This document shows positions 10,451 to 21,140 of a stretch of DNA of 64,000 bases, in pieces. The stretch is from Flavobacteriaceae bacterium. Lineage in GTDB: Bacteria; Bacteroidota; Bacteroidia; Flavobacteriales; Flavobacteriaceae. Below the pieces are notes generated by a model, which was not told the origin of the DNA, did not search any database, and worked only from the letters and a program-made list of their open reading frames with translations. Each line of letters opens with the position of its first letter. The first letter of the stretch is position 1. A program made the translations under genes and the position numbers. The DNA is taken from contig CBFHNG010000002.1 of NCBI GenBank assembly GCA_965657165.1, forward strand, positions 6,161 to 70,160. Reading direction: 5' to 3'.

Positions 10451-10813
10451 TTATTCTTTTAAATGAACGCTAAGAATGGTTGCGTTAATTTTACAATTTT
10501 CAACAAAAATTTCAAGCCTATCGTGTGTAATTGTATAGCGGTTGCAACTGTCTAGTTTTGTTTCACTTTTACTAAAATCAATATTACCTTTTTTTAGGGC
10601 CCCATGGAGGGTAAGTGAATCAATTTTCAACGCTTCTAATTGTGATTGAATTTTTGGTTTAATAAGTAATGATTTTGTTGAAATATTTTTTAAAACCCTT
10701 GCATTTGGCCCATAAGCACAACTTGTTTTTTTTCCACTAAGGAAAAACATCAAAAATATTAATCCAATTGAGAACCCTCCTAGGTAAAATCCTAAACGAT
10801 GAATAAATTTCAT
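10451..10813 (-). CDS. Membrane-anchored conserved hypothetical protein (DUF4258-like in Flavobacteriaceae)
   Basis: N-terminal TM segment (RLGFYLGGFSIGLIFLMFF) followed by CAYGPNARVLK. Last gene of the porX operon. Confidence 0.65.
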   Translation of the reverse strand: MKFIHRLGFYLGGFSIGLIFLMFFLSGKKTSCAYGPNARVLKNISTKSLLIKPKIQSQLEALKIDSLTLHGALKKGNIDFSKSETKLDSCNRYTITHDRLEIFVENCKINATILSVHLKE

Positions 10814-10821
10814 AGTTACAA

Positions 10822-12021
10822 TTAAAATATTAAAAGATTTAAATCACTGCAATCCAAATCAAACCAATTGGAGACACTTTTGTTGGTGATTACACCATGA
10901 TACACATAAAGTCCGTTTTTTAAACCATGATCTTGACGAATTGCATTTTCTAGTCCACCTGCTTCTGCTATTTGTAACAGGTAAGAAGTGAAAATATTGC
11001 TCAACGACACAGATGAAGTTCTTGAATATCGCGCTGGAATATTAGGAACACAATAATGAATGACACCATGCTTATCAAAAGTTGGATTATCATGAGTTGT
11101 AAGTTCACTTGTTTCAAAACAACCGCCCATATCAATACTCACATCGATAATTACTGCACCTTGTTTCATAGATTCCACCATAGCTTCATTGACGAGTATT
11201 GGCGCTCTGTTTTTTCCTTTTGTAGCACCAATAGCAACATCACAACGCATGAGTGCTTTCATCAAATTTTTAGGTTGCATCGTAGAAGTGTAGATACGTT
11301 GTCCTACATTTGCCTGTAATGTTCTTAGTTTCGAAATTGAACTGTCAAACACTTTTACATTTGCACCGAGTCCAAGGGCTGATTTTGTAGCAAATTCTCC
11401 TACAATTCCTGCACCAATCACTACAACTTCTGTTGGTGGAACACCACTAATGTTACCCAACAAAAGACCATTTCCCTGGTTTGTTATGGACATGATTTCT
11501 GCTGCAATTTGTATAGAAGCTGTACCTGCTATTTCACTTAGCTGTCGTACTGCAGGAAAAGCCCCTTCGCTGTCTTTAATAAATTCAAAACCCAGTGCGG
11601 TAACTTTTTTGTTTGTAAGTGCTTCAAAATAACTTTTTTGTTGCATTTTTAATTGAAGTGCCGAAAAAAGAATTGCATTTGGTTTAATAAGTTCAATTTC
11701 TTTAAGAGTAGGGGGTTCTACTTTCAAAATCATAGGACAAGCAAAAACTTTGGCTGTATCTTTTGTGATTTCTGCACCCGCTTCGCTGTATTCTCGGTCA
11801 TCAAAAGCTGCATTTTCTCCTGCACCAGATTCAATGAGTATTCGGTGCCCATTACTGGTAAGAGCAGAAACAGCATCGGGAGTTAGACAAATGCGTTTTT
11901 CTTGAAAAGAAGTTTCCTTTGGCAAGCCAATACAAAGTTTTTCGTTCTGGTTTGAAACTTCCAAGCGTTCTTCTTTTGGTAATAATTGGGCTTTTGAAAA
12001 AGGTGAGATTGGTTGTTGCAT
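10822..12021 (-). CDS. ald: Alanine dehydrogenase/PNT family protein (annotated as alanine dehydrogenase; catalytic residues atypical)
   Basis: GLPKE..EKRICLTP, SEIAG, VVVIGAGIVG Rossmann fold, DVSIDMGGCFETS, YCVPNIP. Start taken at ATG 12021. Confidence 0.75.
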   Translation of the reverse strand: MQQPISPFSKAQLLPKEERLEVSNQNEKLCIGLPKETSFQEKRICLTPDAVSALTSNGHRILIESGAGENAAFDDREYSEAGAEITKDTAKVFACPMILKVEPPTLKEIELIKPNAILFSALQLKMQQKSYFEALTNKKVTALGFEFIKDSEGAFPAVRQLSEIAGTASIQIAAEIMSITNQGNGLLLGNISGVPPTEVVVIGAGIVGEFATKSALGLGANVKVFDSSISKLRTLQANVGQRIYTSTMQPKNLMKALMRCDVAIGATKGKNRAPILVNEAMVESMKQGAVIIDVSIDMGGCFETSELTTHDNPTFDKHGVIHYCVPNIPARYSRTSSVSLSNIFTSYLLQIAEAGGLENAIRQDHGLKNGLYVYHGVITNKSVSNWFDLDCSDLNLLIF

Positions 12022-12065
12022 AATTTTGTAATGTTTCTGCAAATTACAATTATTTTTAAAGTCCT

Positions 12066-12485
12066 TTAAAAAATTTCACTTTCAAAATATTCTATGGTTC
12101 GACGGTTGTCGGGTTCAATCGTTAAATTTACGATGATAACATCTGTTGGCAATAATGTTTTTATTTTTTCCGGCCACTCAATAAAATTCCAATATCCTGA
12201 ACAAAAATAATCTTCAACCCCAATATCAAGTGCTTCGTAGTGGTTTTTGATGCGATAGAAATCAAAATGATAGACATAATCATTTTCTACTTCATATTCA
12301 TTAACAATAGAAAACGTTGGGCTAGAGGCTTCCTCCTCGCCGCCAAGTGCACGAACTAGAGCACTAATAAGTGTTGTTTTTCCAGCACCCATTTCACCAT
12401 TGAAAAGAATGATTTTTTTATTGAAGTTATTAATAAGTTCACCAGCAATTTGATCGATATCTTCTATGGCAAATGTTGTTTTCAT
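12066..12485 (-). CDS. tsaE: tRNA threonylcarbamoyladenosine biosynthesis ATPase TsaE
   Basis: GEMGAGKTT Walker A, SSPTFSIVNEY, HFDFYRI, IEWPE. ATG 12485 abuts the porX stop. Confidence 0.96.
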   Translation of the reverse strand: MKTTFAIEDIDQIAGELINNFNKKIILFNGEMGAGKTTLISALVRALGGEEEASSPTFSIVNEYEVENDYVYHFDFYRIKNHYEALDIGVEDYFCSGYWNFIEWPEKIKTLLPTDVIIVNLTIEPDNRRTIEYFESEIF

Positions 12486-12486
12486 T

Positions 12487-14037
12487 TTATCTGGGTGTGA
12501 GGACTGCAAAAGGTATTAATATTTCTTCCAAAGAAATCCCACCATGTTGATATGAATTTCTGTAATAATTAACATAATGATTGTAGTTATTTGGATACGC
12601 AAAAAAAGAATATTCTTTAGCAAAAATAAAAGAACTATTCATCGACATTGAAGGCAATTCAACAAGTTTTGGATCTTTTACAGCAAAGACCTCTTTTTCC
12701 TCATAACTCAAGCTTCTTCCAGTTTTGTAACGCAAGTTTAAACTTGTGTCTTTGTCTCCAATAACTTTTGATGGATTTTTAACATTCACTGTCCCATGAT
12801 CTGTTGTGATAATCAATTTTATATTGAGTTCCTGAGCTTTTTTGATGATTTCCAAAAGAGGTGAATTTTTAAACCAACTTTGGGTGAGCGATCGGTATCC
12901 TTTGTCATCAGATGCGAGTTCTTTTACAACCTCCATTTCTGTTTTTGAGTGCGATAGCATATCTACAAAATTATAGACCAAAACAGTCAAGTCATTTTTT
13001 GCTTTGGTTTTAAAATTATCAGCCAGTTTTTTCCCATCTTTTAGATTTGTTATTTTGATGTATTCATGAGACAAATGATTCAGATTCAATCTTTTTAGTT
13101 GTTCTTCTAAAAACTGTGCTTCAAATAGGTTTTTCCCTCCATCGTCGGTATCATTTTTCCAATAATTTGGATATAATTTCTCCATTTGCTTTGGCATCAG
13201 ACCAGAAAACAGGGCATTTCGGGCATATTGAGTAGAAGTGGGGAGTATGCTGAAGTACATGCTGTTTTCATTGGTTTTATAGTATGTATTTACACTAGAC
13301 TCAATAGATTTCCATTGATCAAACCGCAAATTATCAATGACAACCAGAAGTGTAGGTTGATTTTTGGACAATTGAGGAGCAATTTTGGTCTTAAAAAGCG
13401 TATGAGACAAAACAGGAGCTTCTGAGCTTTCAAACCAAATAGGGTAGTTTTTTTCTATAAATTTCCCAAACTGCTGGTTGGCTTCAAGCTTTTGAGCTTC
13501 TAATATTTCCTGAAGTGTTTCATCTTGTGAATCTTCTAATTTAAGTTCCCAAAACACTATTTTTTGATACAAATTTTTCCAATCTTCAAAAGTGCTTACA
13601 GACATCATTTCCATAGAAATTTTTCTAAATTCTTGAAGATAACTTGAAGATGTCTTTTCAGAAACCAAACGACTATGATCCAAGTTTTTTTTCAAGCTTA
13701 GAAGAATTTGGTTCGGATTTACAGGCTTAATTAAGTAATCGGCAATTTTATTGCCAATAGCCTCTTCCATAATATATTCTTCTTCACTTTTGGTAATCAT
13801 GACCATTGGAATATTGGACTTTTGTTTTTTTAATTCTGTGAGTGTTTCTAATCCACTAAGTCCAGGCATATTTTCGTCCAAAAAAACAATATCAAAATCC
13901 TGTTTTGCAAACAATTCAAGAGCTTCTGAACCGCTATTGCAAGGAGTGATTTTATAGTTTTTTTGTTCTAAAAATATAATATGTGGCTTAAGATAAGATA
14001 TTTCATCATCTACCCATAAAATGTGTATACTGCTCAT
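12487..14037 (-). CDS. porX: T9SS response regulator PorX (receiver + PglZ/alkaline-phosphatase-like domain)
   Basis: Receiver motifs WVDDE and FLDENMPG. PglZ motifs IDNLRFDQW, LPTSTQYARN, TTDHG, YQHGG. Linked to tsaE. Confidence 0.92.
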   Translation of the reverse strand: MSSIHILWVDDEISYLKPHIIFLEQKNYKITPCNSGSEALELFAKQDFDIVFLDENMPGLSGLETLTELKKQKSNIPMVMITKSEEEYIMEEAIGNKIADYLIKPVNPNQILLSLKKNLDHSRLVSEKTSSSYLQEFRKISMEMMSVSTFEDWKNLYQKIVFWELKLEDSQDETLQEILEAQKLEANQQFGKFIEKNYPIWFESSEAPVLSHTLFKTKIAPQLSKNQPTLLVVIDNLRFDQWKSIESSVNTYYKTNENSMYFSILPTSTQYARNALFSGLMPKQMEKLYPNYWKNDTDDGGKNLFEAQFLEEQLKRLNLNHLSHEYIKITNLKDGKKLADNFKTKAKNDLTVLVYNFVDMLSHSKTEMEVVKELASDDKGYRSLTQSWFKNSPLLEIIKKAQELNIKLIITTDHGTVNVKNPSKVIGDKDTSLNLRYKTGRSLSYEEKEVFAVKDPKLVELPSMSMNSSFIFAKEYSFFAYPNNYNHYVNYYRNSYQHGGISLEEILIPFAVLTPR

Positions 14038-14137
14038 AAAGTGTCTAAATTAAAAATATAAGTCCTGTGATTTTATTACTTTTACACTTAAATTAATCTG
14101 TTTCTGTTTTCAGGACACAAAATAAAACTAAATAAGT

Positions 14138-15367
14138 TTGAATACCAGTAATAAGCTCAAAATATTTAACGATCCAATTTATGGATTTATTACTATTCCA
14201 AACCCTTTAATTTTTGATCTTATTGCTCATCCCTATTTTCAACGTTTGCGAAGAATTACTCAAATGGGGTTATCTTATTTGGTCTATCCAGGAGCACATC
14301 ATACAAGATTTCATCATGCTTTGGGGTGTTTGCATTTGATGCAAAAGGCAGTGCAAATTTTAAGATTTAAAGGGGTTTCTATTTCAAAAGAAGAAGAAAA
14401 TGCACTGTATATTGCCATTTTACTTCATGATATCGGTCATGGTCCTTTTAGCCATGCAATGGAGCACAGTATTGTTCACGATATTGATCATGAGACCATT
14501 TCATTGTGTTTTATGGAGCAATTAAATCGTGAGTTTGAAGGCCAATTGAGTTTGGCTATTACAATGTTTAAAGGAGATTATTCTCGTCAATTTTTTGGTC
14601 AGTTGATTTCAAGTCAATTGGATATGGATCGTTCAGATTATTTGAAACGCGACAGTTTTTACACTGGAGTTTCTGAGGGAAATATCAATAGTGAACGTTT
14701 GATTTCGATGATGAATGTTATTAATGATCAACTAGTTATTGAAAAAAAAGGAATATTCTCTATTGAAAAATTCCTTACAGCGCGCCGTTTGATGTACTGG
14801 CAAGTCTATTTGCACAAAACAAGCTTGGTTGCAGAGCAGATGATTATTAATGTACTGAAACGTGCAAAAGATCTTGCTCAACAATCTGTTGAACTAAACG
14901 TTAGCTCATCTTTTGAGTTTTTTTTAAAAGAAAATATAGATATCAAAAATTTTAATTCTCATGTGTTAACTCAATTTTCAAAATTAGATGATTATGATAT
15001 TGTGTCAGCCTTAAAATCGTGGCAAAATCATCCTGATGCTGTTTTGAGTAACTTGTCGGTTCGACTGCTTGAGCGTAAACTTTTTAAGATTAAATTTTTA
15101 AAAAAAAGTCAAATATCAGAAGCATTAGACCAATTAAAAACCAATTGTCTAAAGCGTACCAATTGGACTAAAGATGATATATCATATTTTGTTTTTACAG
15201 GAACCATAAAAAACACAGGCTATAAGCCGCACGAGGATGGAATATCAATTTTACATAAAGATGGTACGATTACAGATGTTATAGACGCATCTGACAACCT
15301 GAATCTAAAGGGGTTATCCAAAACTGTAAAGCGCCATTATATATGCTTTCCAAAAGAGTTACTTTGA
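14138..15367 (+). CDS. HD-domain phosphohydrolase (dNTP triphosphohydrolase/SAMHD1-like family)
   Basis: [58 protein letters not shown]. Confidence 0.9.
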   Translation: MNTSNKLKIFNDPIYGFITIPNPLIFDLIAHPYFQRLRRITQMGLSYLVYPGAHHTRFHHALGCLHLMQKAVQILRFKGVSISKEEENALYIAILLHDIGHGPFSHAMEHSIVHDIDHETISLCFMEQLNREFEGQLSLAITMFKGDYSRQFFGQLISSQLDMDRSDYLKRDSFYTGVSEGNINSERLISMMNVINDQLVIEKKGIFSIEKFLTARRLMYWQVYLHKTSLVAEQMIINVLKRAKDLAQQSVELNVSSSFEFFLKENIDIKNFNSHVLTQFSKLDDYDIVSALKSWQNHPDAVLSNLSVRLLERKLFKIKFLKKSQISEALDQLKTNCLKRTNWTKDDISYFVFTGTIKNTGYKPHEDGISILHKDGTITDVIDASDNLNLKGLSKTVKRHYICFPKELL

Positions 15368-15392
15368 TTATTTTTTATATTTTTGCATTGCA

Positions 15393-16418
15393 ATGAAATT
15401 CACAGCTAACCAAATAGCAAAATTAATCAATGGCGAAATTGTTGGTGATGAAAATGCTGAAGTCTTTATGCTTTCAAAAATAGAGGAAGGTCAAAAAGGG
15501 TCATTAACATTTTTATCCAATCCAAAATACGCCCCATTTATATATTCCACAAATGCTACAGTTACTATAGTTAACAATGATTTTGTTGCAGAAAAAGAAA
15601 TCAACACCACTCTCATAAAAGTTGCAAATGCATATGCCGCATTTTCTACGCTTTTAGAGCATTACAATCTTATCAAAAACAATAAAACAGGAATTGAGTC
15701 ACCAGTTTCTATTGCAAAATCTGTAGCCTATGGCGATGATATTTACATTGGTGCGTTTACATCAATTGGAGAAAATGTTCGCATTGGCAACAATGTAAAA
15801 ATATACCCTAACTGCTTTATCGGAGATAATGTCACTATTGGAGATCATACTAGTATTTTTGCAGGAGCAAAAATTTATTCCGATTGTAGTATTGGTTCAC
15901 ACTGCAATGTTGATGCCTCAGTAGTTATTGGTGCCGATGGATTTGGCTTTTCACCCGATGAAAATGGCGTTTACAACAAAGTTCCTCAAATAGGTAATGT
16001 TGTAATAGAAGATCATGTTGATATTGGTGCGGCCACCACTATAGACCGTGCAACGCTAGGATCTACTATTATAAAAAAAGGAGTCAAGCTTGACAATCAA
16101 ATACAAATTGCACACAATGTAGTCATTGGAGAACATACTGTAATTGCTGCGCAAACAGGCATTGCTGGTTCCACAAAAATTGGTAAACATTGTCAAATTG
16201 GTGGTCAAGTTGGCATTGTAGGGCATATCACTATAGGAGATCATGTAAAGATTCAAGCGCAATCAGGAATTTCAAAAAGTATTTCCGACAACGAAGTACT
16301 TCAGGGAACTCCAGCATTTGGTTATGGTGATTACTATAAATCTTATGTCCATTTTAAAAATCTTCCACAGCTTGCAAAAGATATAGAAGAACTAAAAAAA
16401 AATAATAATGATAACTAA
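15393..16418 (+). CDS. lpxD: UDP-3-O-(3-hydroxyacyl)glucosamine N-acyltransferase LpxD
   Basis: Hexapeptide repeats, [30 protein letters not shown]. Confidence 0.96.
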   Translation: MKFTANQIAKLINGEIVGDENAEVFMLSKIEEGQKGSLTFLSNPKYAPFIYSTNATVTIVNNDFVAEKEINTTLIKVANAYAAFSTLLEHYNLIKNNKTGIESPVSIAKSVAYGDDIYIGAFTSIGENVRIGNNVKIYPNCFIGDNVTIGDHTSIFAGAKIYSDCSIGSHCNVDASVVIGADGFGFSPDENGVYNKVPQIGNVVIEDHVDIGAATTIDRATLGSTIIKKGVKLDNQIQIAHNVVIGEHTVIAAQTGIAGSTKIGKHCQIGGQVGIVGHITIGDHVKIQAQSGISKSISDNEVLQGTPAFGYGDYYKSYVHFKNLPQLAKDIEELKKNNNDN

Positions 16419-17811
16419 AACCCAATCTAAACAAACTACTATTGCCAATCCTGTATGTCTAACAGGTGTTGGTCTTCATACAGGAGAAAACGTTGTCTTA
16501 AATTTTCTTCCTTCTGACCCTAATACAGGTTACGCTTTTAAGAGAGTAGACCTCGAGGGTGAACCTATCATTAAAGCAGATGCAAATTTGGTAACAAACA
16601 CCCAAAGAGGGACTTGCTTGGAAAAAAATGGAGTTTCTATTCAAACTTGTGAACATGTACTTGCAGCACTTGTTGGATTAGAAATTGATAATGTAATTAT
16701 AGAATTAAACACCTCTGAACCACCAATAATGGATGGGTCATCAAAGTTTTTTGTAGAAGCGCTAGAAACTGCTGAAATTGTTGAACAAGATGCACTCAGA
16801 GAGATTTTTGTTGTTAAAGATGTAATTTCATATACTGATGAAGATTCAGGAAGTGAAATAACAATCATTCCATCTGATGAATATCAAGTGACAACTATGG
16901 TAGATTTTGGCACAAAAGTATTGGGTACTCAAAACGCTACACTTCAAAAACTATCAAATTTTAAAGCCGATATTTCCAATTCAAGAACTTTTAGTTTTTT
17001 ACATGAATTGGAAATGCTTTTAGAACACGGACTTATTAAAGGTGGAGATTTAAACAATGCCATTGTTTATGTCGACAAACCATTGTCTGAAGAGACGATG
17101 GAAAAATTGAAAATTGCTTTTAATAAAGATTCAATTTCTGTCAAGCCAAATGGTATTTTAGATAATTTAACGCTACATTATCCAAATGAGGCAGCACGCC
17201 ACAAACTTTTGGATGTCATAGGAGACTTAGCACTAATTGGTACACGAATTCAAGGAAAGGTAATTGCCAACAAGCCAGGTCATTTTGTCAACACACAGTT
17301 TGCTAAAAAAATGGCCAAAATCATTAAAAATGAGCGCAGAAACAACGTTCCAATTGTGGACCTTAATCAAACTCCTGTGATGGATGTCAATGCCATTATG
17401 GATATGCTGCCACACCGACCGCCCTTTTTGTTGCTCGACAAAGTTTTTGAATTATCACCAAACCACGTGATTGGCTCAAAGAATGTGACCATGAACGAAT
17501 CCTTCTTTAAGGGACATTTCCCTGGAGCACCAGTAATGCCTGGTGTTTTAATTGTAGAAGCTATGGCACAAACAGGAGGGATTTTAGTATTAAATACAGT
17601 ACCAGATCCAGAAAATTATCTTACTTTTTTTATGAAGATTGATAAAGTAAAGTTCAAACAAAAAGTTGTTCCTGGTGATACCCTTATTTTTAGTTGCTCG
17701 CTAATTACCCCAATTCGAAGAGGAATATGCCATATGCAAGGCTATGCCTATGCGAATGGCAAGCTTTGTGCCGAAGCTGAACTAATGGCTCAGATATCAA
17801 AAGTTAAATAA
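16408..17811 (+). CDS. lpxC: Bifunctional LpxC deacetylase / FabZ 3-hydroxyacyl-ACP dehydratase
   Basis: LpxC motifs [33 protein letters not shown]. FabZ motifs [33 protein letters not shown]. Confidence 0.97.
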   Translation: MITKTQSKQTTIANPVCLTGVGLHTGENVVLNFLPSDPNTGYAFKRVDLEGEPIIKADANLVTNTQRGTCLEKNGVSIQTCEHVLAALVGLEIDNVIIELNTSEPPIMDGSSKFFVEALETAEIVEQDALREIFVVKDVISYTDEDSGSEITIIPSDEYQVTTMVDFGTKVLGTQNATLQKLSNFKADISNSRTFSFLHELEMLLEHGLIKGGDLNNAIVYVDKPLSEETMEKLKIAFNKDSISVKPNGILDNLTLHYPNEAARHKLLDVIGDLALIGTRIQGKVIANKPGHFVNTQFAKKMAKIIKNERRNNVPIVDLNQTPVMDVNAIMDMLPHRPPFLLLDKVFELSPNHVIGSKNVTMNESFFKGHFPGAPVMPGVLIVEAMAQTGGILVLNTVPDPENYLTFFMKIDKVKFKQKVVPGDTLIFSCSLITPIRRGICHMQGYAYANGKLCAEAELMAQISKVK

Positions 17812-17817
17812 ATTCAA

Positions 17818-18603
17818 ATGAATCAACCTTTAGCATACGTTCACCCTGGTGCAAAAATTGCAAAAAATGTTGTAATTGAACCTTTTACAACCATAAACAA
17901 TAATGTTGTTATTGGAGAAGGGACATGGATTGGCTCAAACGTTACCATAATGGAAGGTGCACGAATTGGAAAAAATTGTAGTATTTTTCCTGGTTCAGTC
18001 ATTTCTGCCAATCCACAAGATTTGAAATACAACGATGAAGATACAACAGTTATCATTGGAGATAATGTAACTATACGTGAATGTGTGACCATCAATAGAG
18101 GGACTACAGACCGCATGAAAACAGTAGTTGGTGATAATTGCTTAATTATGGCCTATTGTCATATAGCTCATGATTGTATTGTTGGTAAAAACTGTATTTT
18201 TTCAAACAATAGTACTCTTGCAGGGCATATCACCGTTGGCGATTATGTTGTTTTAGCTGGAATGACTGCTGTACATCAATTTTGTTCCATTGGAAACCAC
18301 GCCTTCGTAACAGGAGGTTCTTTGGTCAGAAAAGATGTACCACCATATGTTAAAGCTGCTCGTGAGCCACTATCATATGTAGGAATCAATTCTGTTGGCT
18401 TACGACGTAGGGGATATACCACAGAAAAAATTAGAGAAATACAAGGGATATACAGACTACTTTATCAAAAAAATTACAATAACTCTCAAGCTTCAGCTAT
18501 TATTGAAGCTGAAATGGAAGCCACTCCTGAACGTGATGAAATCTTACAATTTATCAAGAATTCTCATCGAGGTATCATGAAAGGCTACTTTAAATCAAAC
18601 TAA
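17818..18603 (+). CDS. lpxA: Acyl-ACP--UDP-N-acetylglucosamine O-acyltransferase LpxA
   Basis: PQDLKY, IRECVTINRGT, MAYCHIAHDC, LAGH, VHQF, KDVPPY. Confidence 0.97.
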   Translation: MNQPLAYVHPGAKIAKNVVIEPFTTINNNVVIGEGTWIGSNVTIMEGARIGKNCSIFPGSVISANPQDLKYNDEDTTVIIGDNVTIRECVTINRGTTDRMKTVVGDNCLIMAYCHIAHDCIVGKNCIFSNNSTLAGHITVGDYVVLAGMTAVHQFCSIGNHAFVTGGSLVRKDVPPYVKAAREPLSYVGINSVGLRRRGYTTEKIREIQGIYRLLYQKNYNNSQASAIIEAEMEATPERDEILQFIKNSHRGIMKGYFKSN

Positions 18604-18609
18604 AACACT

Positions 18610-19176
18610 ATGGCAAATACTTCAGACATCAGAAATGGATTGTGCATTCGTTACAACCATGATATTTTTAAAATTATTGAATTCCTTCATGTAAAACCTG
18701 GCAAAGGCCCTGCATTTGTACGTACAAAGCTCAAAAGTGTAACTACAGGAAAAGTTATAGACAATACCTTTTCTGCAGGTCATAAAATTGAAGATGTTCG
18801 CGTAGAAACACACAAATTCCAGTATTTGTATCCCGAAGGTGATATATTTCATTTTATGAATGTTGAGGATTACAATCAAATTACTTTGAATAAGACTTCC
18901 ATTGATAATCCAGGTCTTTTGAAAGAAGGTGAAGTGGTTACAGTAATTATTAATTCAGAAGATGATATGCCATTATCTGTTGAAATGCCTGCAAGCGTTA
19001 TATTGGAGGTTACAGCAACAGAACCTGGAGTTAAAGGTAATACGGCTACCAACGCTACAAAACCTGCCACGGTCGAAACAGGTGCCACTATAAATGTTCC
19101 GTTGTTTATAAATGAGGGCGATAAAATTAAAGTAGAAACTGCAAAAGGCACATATAAAGAACGTGTTAAGGAGTAA
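18610..19176 (+). CDS. efp: Elongation factor P
   Basis: HVKPGKGPAFVRTKLK, EPGVKGNTA, KPATVETGA..VPLFI. Confidence 0.98.
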   Translation: MANTSDIRNGLCIRYNHDIFKIIEFLHVKPGKGPAFVRTKLKSVTTGKVIDNTFSAGHKIEDVRVETHKFQYLYPEGDIFHFMNVEDYNQITLNKTSIDNPGLLKEGEVVTVIINSEDDMPLSVEMPASVILEVTATEPGVKGNTATNATKPATVETGATINVPLFINEGDKIKVETAKGTYKERVKE

Positions 19177-19182
19177 ATTAAA

Positions 19183-20118
19183 ATGAAATTTCCCACACCG
19201 CAAACGCTAAAAAATATTGCAAACCTTTTGGGGTGTTCCTATATTGGTACAGATGATTTTCCAGTTTTGGGTATAAATGAAATTCATGTAGTGACAACTG
19301 GAGATATTGTTTTTGTTGATCATCCAAAATATTATGACAAAGCATTAAAATCAGCAGCAACAGTGGTACTTATCAATAAAAAAGTGGAGTGCCCTAAAGG
19401 TAAAGCACTTTTGATTTCAGATGATCCATTTCGGGATTTTAATAAGTTGACCACACATTTCAAACCTTTTGTGGCATCCTCAGTTAGTATAGATCCTACA
19501 TCACAAATAGGAGAGGGGACACAAATTCAACCACATGTTTTTGTAGGGCCTAATGTCAAAATTGGAAAAAATTGCTTGATTCATGCCAATGTTACCATCT
19601 TAAAAGATACGATTATTGGTAATAATGTTGTAATTGGTGCAGGAACAGTTCTTGCTGGAGATGCATTTTATTATAAAAATCGTCCAGAAGGTTTTGATCA
19701 ATTGTGGTCTTGTGGTCGTTTGATCATAGAAAATGATGTGCATATTGGTACAGGATGTACCATAGACCGTGGAGTTACAGGAGATACCACTATTGGCGAA
19801 GGCTCAAAATTAGACAATCAAATTCAAATTGGCCATGATACCGTTCTAGGAAAAAAATGTCTTATTGCCTCCCAAACAGGTATTGCTGGATGTTGTATTT
19901 TGGAAGATGAAGTTACTCTGTGGGGTCAAGTTGGAACTAATAGCGGGATTACCATAGGTGCAAAAGCTGTTGTTTTAGGGCAAACTGGTGTAACTAAGTC
20001 TGTTGCTGGAGGTAAAACCTACTTTGGAACACCTATTCAAGAGACAAGAACAAAGTTAAAAGAAATGGCCGCATTACGCCACTTACCAGAGCTATTACAA
20101 AAGTTGAAAGAAAAGTAA
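19183..20118 (+). CDS. Second LpxD-like hexapeptide-repeat acyltransferase
   Basis: LpxD N-terminal domain (DIVFVDHPKY), hexapeptide repeats, CTIDRGVTGDT, LDNQIQIGHD. Confidence 0.85.
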   Translation: MKFPTPQTLKNIANLLGCSYIGTDDFPVLGINEIHVVTTGDIVFVDHPKYYDKALKSAATVVLINKKVECPKGKALLISDDPFRDFNKLTTHFKPFVASSVSIDPTSQIGEGTQIQPHVFVGPNVKIGKNCLIHANVTILKDTIIGNNVVIGAGTVLAGDAFYYKNRPEGFDQLWSCGRLIIENDVHIGTGCTIDRGVTGDTTIGEGSKLDNQIQIGHDTVLGKKCLIASQTGIAGCCILEDEVTLWGQVGTNSGITIGAKAVVLGQTGVTKSVAGGKTYFGTPIQETRTKLKEMAALRHLPELLQKLKEK

Positions 20119-20178
20119 AAATTGTTTTTATAAATCAACTTCAAAAAATTACATTTGCACCAATAAAAATTAACTTTA

Positions 20179-21051
20179 ATGAGTGTTTTAGTCAACAAAA
20201 ATTCAAAAATAATTGTACAAGGATTTACAGGAAGTGAAGGCACATTTCATGCGTCTCAAATGATTGCTTACGGCACCAACGTTGTTGGTGGTGTTACCCC
20301 TGGAAAAGGAGGGCAAACGCACCTTGATAAGCCAGTTTTTAATACCGTAAAGGAAGCCGTTGAGCAAGTCAATGCCAATACAACTATTATTTTTGTACCG
20401 CCAGCGTTTGCAGCTGATGCTATTATGGAAGCCGCTGATGCAGGAATTGAAGTCATCATTACCATTACAGAAGGTATTCCTGTTTCTGATATGATTAAAG
20501 CATCAGATTATATAAAAGACAAAAACTGTCGATTGGTTGGGCCAAATTGCCCTGGTGTGATTACACCAGATGAGGCCAAAGTAGGAATTATGCCTGGATT
20601 TGTATTTAAAAAAGGTGGTGTAGGTGTAGTCTCTAAATCTGGAACTCTTACATACGAGGCTGCAGACCAAGTGGTAAAACAAGGACTTGGTGTATCCACA
20701 GCCATTGGTATTGGCGGTGACCCCATTATTGGAACTACAACTAAGGAAGCATTAGAACTACTTATTAATGATAAAGAAACCAATTGTGTGGTCATGATTG
20801 GTGAGATTGGTGGACAATTGGAAGGCGATGCTGCACAATGGTATAAAGAAAGTGGAAGCACAAAACCTGTCGTAGGGTTTATTGCTGGTGAAACTGCACC
20901 TGCTGGACGTACCATGGGACATGCTGGAGCTATTGTTGGTGGAAGCGATGATACGGCACAAGCCAAAAAACGAATTATGCGAGAGTGTGGCATTCATGTG
21001 GTCGATTCTCCTGCAGAAATTGGTAAAAAAGTTGCCGAAGTTTTAGGGTAA
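20179..21051 (+). CDS. sucD: Succinate--CoA ligase subunit alpha
   Basis: IVQGFTG, GGVTPGKGG, GPNCPG, SKSGTLTYE, MGHAGA (phospho-His). TACATTTG box at 20150-20157. Confidence 0.98.
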   Translation: MSVLVNKNSKIIVQGFTGSEGTFHASQMIAYGTNVVGGVTPGKGGQTHLDKPVFNTVKEAVEQVNANTTIIFVPPAFAADAIMEAADAGIEVIITITEGIPVSDMIKASDYIKDKNCRLVGPNCPGVITPDEAKVGIMPGFVFKKGGVGVVSKSGTLTYEAADQVVKQGLGVSTAIGIGGDPIIGTTTKEALELLINDKETNCVVMIGEIGGQLEGDAAQWYKESGSTKPVVGFIAGETAPAGRTMGHAGAIVGGSDDTAQAKKRIMRECGIHVVDSPAEIGKKVAEVLG

Positions 21052-21140
21052 CCAATTTATATAAACCAACTCTGTTATCAATTATCTCTTGTAATTCATA
21101 ACTTATATGTAGACCTATAGATATCCTTATCCAAAGGGTT

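Noticed and set aside
12487-14037. PglZ domain as part of a BREX defence system
   Set aside because: It is fused to a receiver domain and linked to tsaE, which is the PorX architecture. No brxC, pglX or brxL genes are nearby.
14061-14117. GTCCTG...CAGGAC inverted repeat between porX and the HD gene
   Set aside because: Only 6 bp with a long spacer, which is not distinguishable from chance without conservation data.
15393-20118. Periodic ATTGG-like DNA repeats
   Set aside because: Explained by the hexapeptide repeats of LpxD, LpxA and the LpxD-like protein.
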